This document shows positions 14,331-29,420 of a DNA stretch of 64,000 bases, one piece after another. This DNA is from the human T2T-CHM13v2.0 reference genome, Homo sapiens. The stretch lies in assembly GCF_009914755.1 (NCBI RefSeq), contig NC_060930.1; one strand, given 5' to 3'. The translations under genes were made by a program, and so were the position numbers. The notes under the pieces are model-generated. The model worked only from the letters and a program-made list of their open reading frames with translations. It was not told where the DNA came from and made no database searches. The first letter of the stretch is position 1. The number at the start of each line of letters is the position of its first letter.

Positions 14331-15479
14331 ATGGCAGCGTGTGACCTCAACCCTGAAAGAGTACAAATTAGTAAGTAAAGGGCTTCCTTTAGTGACATAC
14401 TTCAGAGGTGATTTTATTTCCCTTTTTTGTGAGATTTCCTATGAAAAGATTAACAATTTAAACAATATTTGCCATTTAGATTCAGCACTATGTCCTGATA
14501 TATCAGAAGAGTCTATGAACTTTTTTTTTTTAAAGACTCCTTGGAGATAGCAATGAATGAATTCTTAACTGTGTCAGGCATGCCTGAATTTTTTGAGTCA
14601 TATAAGAGTTTGTAGCACTCCTAGAATTGTTAACTTAATTGGTAAGAATGTGCTTTTTTTCTCTTTGTTGTTGTATGAAGTGTTAAACCAAAAATAATCA
14701 AGGCCCAGGGCTTTTCCTGGTCCATTAATGGATATATGACAAGTGATGGCAAAAGGATAGTTACAGTTATTAACTTAATCATTAATTGGCTCAGGGTATC
14801 CCCAAAACCGCAGTTGGAACTGAAGTGCTACAAAAATGACCATTTTGTTGTTATAGCTTTTCTTCACATAAGGAAATAAATAAGCAAAAAGAGGGAGTGT
14901 CTTATCTATTTGTTGATCAAAGATCTTGTAATTCTGCTTATGGTAACTCCCAGAGTAGAGAATATCATCCAGTTGGCCCCCTTTATGAACTTGGATTGCA
15001 ATGGAAGTCCTATCGGCCAGTTTACTAGTTAACAGGAGCTGTAGTACTAGAGCTATGACTGCATCAGAAGTCCAGCAGTGTGGGCACAAAGCAGCGCAGC
15101 ACTTTTGAAGTTAGACATCGAGAGTTTGAGTCCTAGATTCACACCTTGCTGGCTGAGTGCTGTTGCAATAGTGCTGTTGAGTGAGTTATTTAACTTCTTT
15201 AAACCTGATCATCCTCACCTTTAAGAGAATGAAAATAGTAGTGCCTTTTTAAGGATTAAATGGAATTAAGTATTTAATTTGTATTCAGAAGAGGATGGAA
15301 TCATCATTCAAAGACTTTACAATCAGTGGTGTTTTCAGCATGGACAACTGGAGCTTTAACTTAAAAGATCTAGAAACTGGGCTTGTTGGCCACAGTTTTA
15401 GTGTGATTAGAGGTGGTCATAGGGTAGTCAAAGTTGCCACTATCCTGGTTATGGATGGTAATAGAACTGCCTATTTATT

Positions 15480-16330
15480 TGATGTCTTCACTTAGTTGTC
15501 TCCTAGGTCCTTCACAGCGAACATTTGCCAGGATTTAACATAGGTACTCTGCATTTCCTCAACTCTTTTCCCATCAGCTTTTCCCAACTCAGAAAATGGT
15601 ACCATCATTCACCCCTTGAATCAAATTTGACATCTAGAAGTTACTATTAACTTCTCTCTTTCCTTCACCTCCCAGATTGAAATAATCAGCATGTCTGTCA
15701 TCCACACCACCAGAGTTTATTCCATAAATATCCACATCTTTTTGTCCCTATTGCCTTCTAGACCACAGCACTCTTTTTTTGCCTATGCAACTTCAGCAGC
15801 CTCCCAGCTGCTCTCCCTTCTTTTCTCTTTTCCATTTTACAATCAATTTTCCATGCAATAGGCAAAGTGAACTCTGAAAATAGTAAATCAGATTAGATCT
15901 TTCCTCTGCTTAAAACCTTTCAATGCATTTCTATTATAAGAATAAATTCTAAATTCATTAGATTTTAAGTCTATTCATGACAGCTCTTGTATTTTTCTCT
16001 GATTTCAAATTATTCTCTTTTTCTGTTATTTACCAGCAACAGTAAAGACTTTTTTTCCGTCTCAAGGCCTTTGTCCTTGCTGTTCCTCTGTCCAGAGCAT
16101 TGTTCCATTAGATCCCTGATGGCTGTCTCCTTCTCAATATTCCAATCTCATGTCAAATGTCACCTCTTACAGAGGCCTTTCCAGAGGACCACTTTAAATT
16201 AGCTTCTGTCAGGCACTCATCTCCCTGTTGTAATTTCTTTGAACAATTAAATGTTTATCTTGAATACCCTTGTTTATTTACTTTTCTTCTTTGTTGTTTG
16301 TCTCCCCAGACTGTTGGAATATAAATTTTG
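15480..16330 (+). mobile_element. L2 LINE 3' fragment
   Basis: Typical L2 motifs (aaatggtaccatcattcacc, tctgcttaaaaccttcaatg, aaatgtcacctcttacagaggcctttcc). Confidence 0.6.
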
Positions 16331-18060
16331 TTATAAAATGGCCTTCATCTCCAGAGCTGAGGAGATACATAAATATTTTTTATTTTGAATTAACACATGG
16401 CTGTGTTCAGGCTCTTCTGAATGTAATTCCATGGAGGAGGTCAAAATTGGATTCCTGTATGTAGTGAATCTGTCCCGTTTATGATTTTCAGTTATATAAT
16501 TAGTTAGAAGACCAATCCAATCATATTTCAGATAAACCTCAAGAGCAATTGCTATGGCAGAGAACTAGAAGGGTATTTAATCAACTAGTTCCTTTTCCAA
16601 GATCTTTAGCTCTTTAACAGTTATAAATTAATAAAGTATGTTATATAATGCTAGGACTTTTTGTCTTTCATTGTTTCTGTTGCTTTATCTCCAGCTTCTA
16701 GTCTGACATATGGTAGGCACTCAAAAATTGGATGAAGAAGCAGCTCTTTTTGGACAGACCAAGAGTGTTGCCTTTTAAAACATTTTATGTGTACTTTTTC
16801 CCCCTGATCCTTTTATAGTATGAATGAATGTTTGTATAAGACATAAATTTCTACAAATACTGAAACACAGTATGGACAGATATGAGTTATTATTATTAAT
16901 ATCACCTAGATAATAGATAAAATATTTTAGAAAGTGAGTCTACCTTAAATTATCTTGCTTCTTGAGTTTTTTTTTTCCCCTCTAAGGATATTCCAGTAAG
17001 AGTTGAGCAGTATTTAAGCTTTGGATAAGGAATGCATATTTCTTGGCTTAGTCAGAACTTTTCTGGATGGAAGGTCTTTTTGGATGAGAATTATACTACA
17101 TAAGATTAAAATGCCCATTTAAGATGTAAATTATAGGGATAAAATATAGATAACTCACATGGGGTGATTTGATTGGCATCTGTTTTCATTTTTCTTTGTT
17201 TCTTTTTAGATACCACCAAAGTCCTTCCTATTTCAGGCAAAAAGATATGTTTTAAAAACCACTCACAAGGCCTCTACAATATGTCAGATAATGCATGTGC
17301 GTGAATGTCCTTGGATGTGTATGGTCTCTTGCTTGAAGTTATCAGCCAGCAAAATGGTGAAATACTTAGAATTAATCAAACATCTGGAGGTCAAGAAACG
17401 CAGTACCTATATTCTTCTCCTTACTTTAAGAATGAAACTAATAAAAAATAAGGCGGAGCTGGCCCTTCAGCAAAGGAGGGATTTTTATTATATGAGTGAA
17501 TTTGAGAGAAAGGGGGACAAGAAAAGACCTTTGAGATCAGGGCCCAGGTCTGTTTTGTTACTACTGTATCCTTACTGCATAGCACAGTGCCTGGCACCTA
17601 GCATGGTCACAGTAAAGATTGAATGATAGAAAAATAGAAAAGGAAGAGCTAACTTTTAGGAAGGAACACTTACTTCCCACTTACAGTTATTGAAAAAACT
17701 ATGAAGATGGTTAACATCATGATACTGTCGGATGTAGGCAGTTACAATTTCTACTCAACGATAGAAAAAAGAACTAAAGAGAATTTACCAGGACATGAAA
17801 GAAAGGTGTAAGATCATGGATTCCTGAAACAGGATGTTCCAATTAAATATTTAAATTTAAGTGAGGATTGTAGGAGTTTAACAGCTATTTAAAATACGCC
17901 CTGCTGCTTTCCTTCCTAGGTTCTCCACACCTTCAAAGCTCATCACTTGGATAAGATTGCCTCTTTACTTTTTCCAAATCAATCTGGTTCATCCATTTTT
18001 TGCAAAAATGAAAACTCCCCTCTTTCACTAAGGTATTTGAGCCATCAAGAACACCCTCCT

Positions 18061-18360
18061 GTCTAGGCATGGTGGCTCACAGCTATAATCCCAGCTCTTT
18101 GGAAGGCCAAGGCAGGAGGATGGCTTGAGGCCAGGAGTTCAAGACCAGCTTAGGCAAAATAGTGAGATCCCTGCCTCTACAAAAATAAAATGAAAAAATT
18201 AGCTGCGTGTGGTGGCACATGCCAGTGGTCCCAGCTACTCAGGAGGCTGAGATGGGAAGATTACTTGAACCCGGGAGGTCGAGGCTGCAGTGACCCATGA
18301 TCACACCACTGCACTTTAGCCTGGGCAACAGAGCAAGACCCTATCTAGGAACAATAAAAA
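18061..18360 (+). mobile_element. AluJ
   Basis: Diverged Alu dimer with J diagnostics (GGAGGATGGCTTGAGGCCAGGAG, GGTCGAGGCTGCAGTG). Confidence 0.9.
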
Positions 18361-19086
18361 ATTCATTATTCATTATTTGATCCAAAACAAAAACATGTTA
18401 TAGACTATCTATAGATTCAATTTTCAAAAATCCTATGCTTCTCATCTCTAAATATTGTTATAATACTGCAATTTTCAAATTAGCTTTCACCTTTAAGAAA
18501 TGCTACTTTCCATATTGGAATGAATAATTAATATAGAACCAAAATGCATGTCTGGGATTTAGAAAATCTTGGGATTCTGTTTCCATCCTTGCTTATTTTT
18601 TATTAAGCTAAGTCATTCATTTTAAGAAATGATCCCCTTTACCCCAACTATAGAGGTATATACTACCTTATATACTACCATACTTAAAAGGTTAGTGAAG
18701 AGGCATAGAAAGAGTAGTGAAACAGTGAAACCTTCTAGATGCCAGATGCTATACAAATGTGAAGCATATGACACCAGCATGGTGAAAAAGGAAGCTAATT
18801 AAGACCATCAGATAGTATTTGATTTTATCTCTCCATAGAAATCATGATAACTATGTTACATAGTTACTGAAATTTAGACATTAAGTTTGTGGAATCTCTC
18901 TGACAGTTATATTAGCTAATCACTAAACAGAAATTTTAAAAGAAGTATTTAATATTAATTCTCAAGTCTTAGGAGAATATTTAGCTAATAATTCTACAGT
19001 TGACTGCAGAGTTTATTCATTATTTAATTCATAATGTCTTTTCAATCACTTTACTGTTTCTTGATTCATGAAGAATACATGCCAAG

Positions 19087-19454
19087 TGTATTAGTCTGTT
19101 CTCACACTGCTGTAAAGAACTGGCCAAGACTGGGCAATTTACAAAGAGGTTTAATTGACTCAGTTCCACCTGGCTGGGGAGGCCTCAGGAAACTTACAAT
19201 CATGACAGAAGGGAAAGCAAACACATTCTTCTTCATGATGTCAGGAAGGAGAAGTGCAGAGCGAAGTGGGGGAAAAGCCCCTTATAAAACCATCAGACCT
19301 CATGAGACTACTCACTATCCTGAGAACAGCATGGGGGAATCACTCTCATGATCTAATCACCTTCCAGGAGGTCCCTCCCCCAACACATGGGGATTACAAT
19401 TTGGATTACAATTCAAGATGAGATTTTGTGAGGACACTGAGCCAGACCATATCA
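19087..19454 (-). mobile_element. THE1 (C/D-like) MaLR solo LTR
   Basis: TGTATTAGTC...CCATATCA termini. 5-bp TSD CCAAG/CTAAG (one mismatch). Confidence 0.88.
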
Positions 19455-19865
19455 CTAAGAGAATAAAAATGGACACAGAATGCCACTTTCCTATTCCCTT
19501 TAAATATTTCCACTTGAAAGTATTTCCATGACCTAGTGAGTTCTTAGAGAATTCAATCACTATTGATGTCCCAACTGGTATAATAAAAGAAGAAAACACA
19601 TAATTTTGAGACAAATTCCACCTTTCTCACACTCTCAGCATATAAACACATAATCGAAGCAAGAAAAATGAGAAAAAATCAAATATATAATATGATGAAG
19701 AATTTTACACTATTCATTATGACATGTGGGGCCAAAGTGACAAAAGTAATTGGACAAAGGTAGACTCAGCAATGAGGACTTGGAAGAAATGAGCTTTCAG
19801 TCCCATTTTAAAGTAGAAGAGAAGGTAGGGTATCAAAAGTAGGGTGCGCTACGCAAAGTGGAGGG

Positions 19866-20013
19866 TGTTTTTGTTGTTGTTGTTTTTAGAGACAGGGTCT
19901 CCCTCTGTCACCCATCTTTGCCCACTGCAGCCTTGAACTACTGGGCTCAAGTGATCCTCCTGCCTCAGTCTCCCTCAGTGCTGGGATTACAAATGTGAGC
20001 TACCCAACACCCA
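19866..20013 (-). mobile_element. Monomeric Alu-like fragment (FLAM/FRAM/AluJ)
   Basis: T-rich tail followed by agagacagggtctc...gctgggattacaaatgtgagc. Confidence 0.7.
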
Positions 20014-21592
20014 ATGTTTTCTTGATTGTAAAAGAAAATTGATGGTTTCTCATGTTCACCAGAGGGAAACATCCATTCATTTTATCAATGTGTTTAAAAT
20101 AATTCTTACTCCTTCTTTCACTTTAAAGTGTTTAACTCATTTTTGCATTCTATTCATAAATATGACCAGTCACAACTTAGAATATGTATACTGTATTATT
20201 TCATATTAACACACACATTTTGTTCTTCTATAATAGATTTGTGTATGGTTTCATATATTAGAGTGTTAAATATTGAATTTATTGTAATTTACTTAGTGAA
20301 ATACTGATGTTAACATCTAGTATGTTTATTTGAGGGATATAGGAGGCTTACAGTGAAATCATCCTTTCACCAAGATTTCTTTGTAAGACACTGTTACTGG
20401 AATTGTGCTTTGTGCATTACATTTCATTGACGTAATTTTAAACTTCCATTCTACTTCACTACAAATGGAATTTCATTATATCTGACTCCACAATAAGTGG
20501 GTTCCAGAATCGTTGACATTTAGTAGAATTACACATCTTAGTGTCTTTGTACATTCTGTATTAAAATGCATTATGTGTGCTTTCAATTCTGTTTTAAAGA
20601 AATTGCCATTGATTTACATGGTTGTATGGAAGAGTTTTGTTTAAATGCCATTGCCTGATTTCCTGGTGGCTTTTATTTTCCTTCTGAAATCATTTACAAA
20701 TATTTCTTAGGGTATTGGCTACTGTTGGTTTGAAATGAGATACAACTTATGGATTATAAATATGTTTGTGCAAATTTTCTCTAGCAGTAATTCTAAAACC
20801 TTTGTGGACATTAAGCTGTAATTGTAGCTTTCTCTTGCAAGCTTCTTTATCCTCTGCTTTATTATTCCCTTGTAGGAAATTAAGTATTTTATATAATAAT
20901 GCTTAGAACATCTTTCTCTTTTAAAGAGGGAAATTAAGATAAAGAGCTTGGCAAATATAGGATCTTTCCTGGATTGTATGTTTCTGAGATTTGGTGACAG
21001 AGCGTCTGCTGTGGAGGATGGGGAAGGACGGATCTGGGCTGAAGAAGTAGACAGAGACAGTGGACTTTGGTTTTAAGAGGCCTGCTGCTGGGATCTTCTC
21101 ACCCATCCCTAGCAGAGCTCAGAAGTAGGCATCCAGCTGCAGGTAATTGTGTTTTGGGCTCAAAGGAGCCCTTAGAGTGCCAGACCTAAAGAGGCAACTC
21201 CCGATAAGAGTTTCAATAGTTTTATCCATTCTAGAACCGCCATTTCCTTAAGAGTCTGAGGCCCAGGGACCAACGCCCAGGACATATATACACTTTGATA
21301 GGAGGAACATTTCAAATTCATCCAGGTCAAGATCACTCACTAGGTCTTGTGCACCTCCTCCGCCTCTTTTCTGTCTGGAGTTAGTAACCACCTCAAAAGA
21401 CAGCTTTCTGACTCGTCATTATACCACCTACAGTCTTACTTTTAGCTTGGTTTGAGGGTGTCCTGTTCATTACTTACAGAAACAGATTTGGAGTGTGAAT
21501 GCCCTTAACACCAGTTTTAATAAGCATTTTTAATTCTACAATAATGTGATTCAGAGAATTTTTTTTTCCTTTGTCTCTATCTCCCTAGATAG

Positions 21593-21947
<355 letters not shown>

Positions 21948-23042
21948 TTCCTGCTGAGTTTCTTAGCATTATTGCCAGGTCGGAACTTAGGCATAGTAAC
22001 ATGAAACATGTTCTGCATCTGAAGGCCAGAATATAATAAGCATTGTTAATTTAGTTAAAGGAAAAGGCTGCTGTTGAAGGTTAGACTTCTTGTGTATGTG
22101 TGGGAGATAACAGAATAACGTCTCTTTTCCAAGATGCATATGGTTTTCTTTTGCTTATGTGCCAATTTTAATCAATGGAGAAATTAATATGTTAAATGAA
22201 ATAATTAACCATTTTATAATTTTAGTCGGATATTGGTTGACCAGTACTTATATGATGGTATAAAGTTCTAGAAACTGGATAACTTTAAAAATCTTTCCAT
22301 ATAATGCATTATATTCTGGGTCATAGTTTCCTATATTATAACTGCTAAACAACATAAACCAATTTTATTTTCAAAATCAATCTTTGGGGTAACTTCTACT
22401 TAGAGCCCTGACCTAATAAATGATGTACGTGTTTATTTCTGACACGTATTTTGATAATCATTTAGATTAGTCTTATTTATGTGGATATGTGTAATAAAAT
22501 TTCTTTGGAAAATATGGTTTATTGAGTTTAAACCTCTTACCTCCATTTCACTTTCCTAAATTTTAACTATTTTTTTCTGTTCCATTGCAGGCATAGTACC
22601 AATTCTGTGTCAGGCATTTTATTCACTTTGTTTCAACTGTTCTTGAGATCCCGGAGGATTAGGACTATTGCAGTTATAAGTCTATAACTGAGGAAAGGAA
22701 GCTTATCTGGACAGGAAGATATTTAGAGTATGATATAAAGACAGTCTCTTTTTAAAAACAGCATTTTAAAGGTATAATTTCTTTTTTGTTTGTTTTTTTC
22801 GTTTTTTTATTTTTTATTTTTATTTTTTTCTTTTATTATTATACTTTAAGTTTTAGGGTACATGTGCACATTGTGCAGGTTAGTTACATATGTATACATG
22901 TGCCATGCTGGTGCGCTGCACCCACTAACTCGTCATCTAGCATTAGGTATATCTCCCAATGCTATCCCTCCCCACTCCCCCCACCCCACAACAGTCCCCA
23001 GAGTGTGATGTTCCCCTTCCTGTGTCCATGTGATCTCATTGT

Positions 23043-26883
<3,841 letters not shown>

Positions 26884-26931
26884 TTATTTTGCTCGTTAGT
26901 TGATGCAGTTTCTTCCTAGTCTCGATGGTCT

Positions 26932-27948
26932 TTACATTTTGGCATGATTTTGCAGTGGCTTGTACTGGTTGTTCCTTTCCATGTTTAGTGCTTCCTTCAG
27001 GAGCTCTTTTAGGGCAGGCCTGGTGGTGACAAAATCTCTCAGCATTTGCTTGTCTGTAAAGTATTTTATTTCTCCTTCGCTTATGAAGCTTAGTTTGGCT
27101 GGATATGAAATTCTGGGTTGAAAATTCTTTTCTTTAAGAATGTTGAATATTGGCCCCCACTCTCTTCTGGCTTGTAGGGTTTCTGCCGAGAGATCTGCTG
27201 TTAGTCTGATGGGCTTCCCTTCCAGGGTAACCCGTGCTTTCTCTCTGGCTGCCCTTAACATTTTTTCCTTCATTTCAACTTTGGTGAATCTGACAATTAT
27301 GTGTCTTGGAGTTGCTTTTCTCGAGAAGTATCTTTGTGGCCTTCTCTGTATTTCCTGAATCTGAACGTTGGCCTGCCTTGCTAGATTGGGGAAGTTCTCC
27401 TGGATAATATCCTGCAGAGTGTTTTCCAACTTGGTTTCATTCTCCCCGTCACTTTCAGGTACACCAATCAGACGTGGATTTGGTCTTTTCACATAGTCCC
27501 ATATTTCTTGGAGGCTTTGCTCATTTCTTTTTATTCTTTTTTCTCTAAACTTCCCTTCTTGCTTCATTTCATTCATTTCGTCTTCCATTGCTGATACCCT
27601 TTCTTCCAGTTGATCGCATCGGCTCCTGAGGCTTCTGCATTCTTCACGTAGTTCTCGAGCCTTGGTTTTCAGCTCCATCAGCTCCTTTAAGCATTTCTCT
27701 GTATTGGTTATTCTAGTTATACATTCTTCTAAATTTTTTTCAAAGTTTTCAACTTCTTTGCCTTTGGTTTGAATGTCCTCCCGTAGCTCAGAGTAATTTG
27801 ATCATCTGAAGCCTTCTTCTCTCAGCTCGTCAAAGTCGTTCTCCGTCTAGCTTCGTTCTGTTGTTGGTGAGGAACTGCGTTCCTTTGGAGGAGGAGAGGC
27901 GCTCTGCTTTTTAGAGTTTCCAGTTTTTCTGTTCTGTTTTTTCCCCAT
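26932..27948 (-). pseudogene. L1 ORF1 (p40) with two premature stops
   Basis: Starts MGKKQNRKTGNSK at 27948. TAG at codon 34 (27847-27849) and TGA at codon 49 (27802-27804). The downstream 248 aa are open (ORF track 26932..27678). Confidence 0.93.
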
Positions 27949-28249
27949 CTTTGTGGTTTTATCTACTTTTGGTCTTTGATGATGGTGATGTACAGATGGG
28001 TTCTTGGTGTGGATGTCCTTTCTGTTTATTAGTTTTCCTTCTAACAGACAGGACCCTCAACTGCAGGTCTGTTGGAGTACCCTGCCATGTGAGGTGTCAG
28101 TGTGCCCCTGCTGGGGGGTGCCTCCCAGTTAGGCTGCTCGGGGGTCAGGGGTCAGGGACCCACTTGAGGAGGCAGTCTGCCCGTTCTTAGATCTCCAGCT
28201 GCGTACTGGGAGAACCACTGCTCTCTTCAAAGCTGTCAGACAGGGACAT

Positions 28250-28750
28250 TTAAGTCTGCAGAGGTTACTGCTGTCTTTTTGTTTGTCTGTGCCCTGCCCC
28301 CAGAGGTGGAGCCTACAAAGGCAGGCAGGCCTCCTTGAGCTGTGGTGGGCTACACCCAGTTCGAGCTTCCCGGCTGCTTTGTTTACCTAATCAAGCCTGG
28401 GCAATGGCAGACGCCCCTCCCCCAGCCTCGCTGCCGCCTTGCAGTTTGATCTCAGACTGCTGTGCTAGCAATCAGTGAGACTCCGTGGGCGTAGTACCTT
28501 CCCAGCCAGGTGCAGGATATAATCTCGTGGTTCGCCGTTTTTTAAGCCCGTCGGAAAGGCGCAGTATTCGGGTGGGAGTGACCAGATTTTCCAGGTGCCG
28601 CCCATCACCCCTTTCTTTGACTAGGAAAGGGAACTCCCTGACCCCTTGCGCTTCCCGAGTGAGGCAATGCCTCACCCTGCTTCGGCTCACGCACGGTGCG
28701 CGCACCCACTGACCTGCGCCCACTGTCTGGCATTCCTTAGTGAGATGAAC
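28250..28750 (+). promoter_or_regulatory. L1 antisense promoter / ORF0 region (ORF0 interrupted)
   Basis: CpG-rich L1 5'UTR. ORF0 ATG at 28404 (MADAPPPASLPPCSLISDCCASNQ) then TGA 28476-28478. GT donor-like sites at 28510, 28595, 28659, 28740. Confidence 0.75.
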
Positions 28751-28870
28751 CCGGTACCTCAGATGGAAAAGCAGAAATCACCTGTCTTCTGCGTCGCTCA
28801 CGCTGGGAGCTGTAGACCGGAGCTGTTCCTATTCGGCCATCTTGGCTCCTCCCCTAAAGGTATAATTTCT

Positions 28871-29420
28871 ATAAAATAAAGTTTTTTTACACATAAGAAA
28901 TGTATGTGACATTTGACAAATATATATATACCCATATAACCGTCAGCCCAACAACAACAAAAAATAGAACATTTCTCCTTTCCCAGAAGGCCCTCACTGT
29001 TTTTTTGCTGTCTTCTTCCACAGCCCTGAAACTCTTATCTGATTAGTTTCATCTGTCTTAGAATTTCCTTTATATGAAACACCAACTAAGTACTTTTTTC
29101 TGTCTGCCTTCTTTCACCCAGTCTACTGTCTGTAAAAATCATTCATGTTTTTGCATCCATCAATATTTTGCTCCTTTTAATCGCTAACATTTTCCGTTGA
29201 ATGAATGTACCTCCATTTTTATTTTATTGGCCTGTTGATGACATTAAGACTGTTTCCAGTTTTTAATTATCATGAATAAAGTTGCTATATACAAGTCATG
29301 TACAAGCTTTTTTATGGACATATGTTTTCATTTGTCATGTTTATCTGGGAGTAAAATTCCTGGGTTGCATGGAAAAAATGTTCGTTTAATTTTATAATAG
29401 ACAAATTGTTTTCTAAATGA
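28871..29420 (-). mobile_element. Old L1M(E)-type 3' fragment adjoining the young L1
   Basis: Degenerate L1M 3' motifs (tgtttccagtttttaattatcatgaataaagttgctat, ttttatggacatatgttttcattt). Confidence 0.55.
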
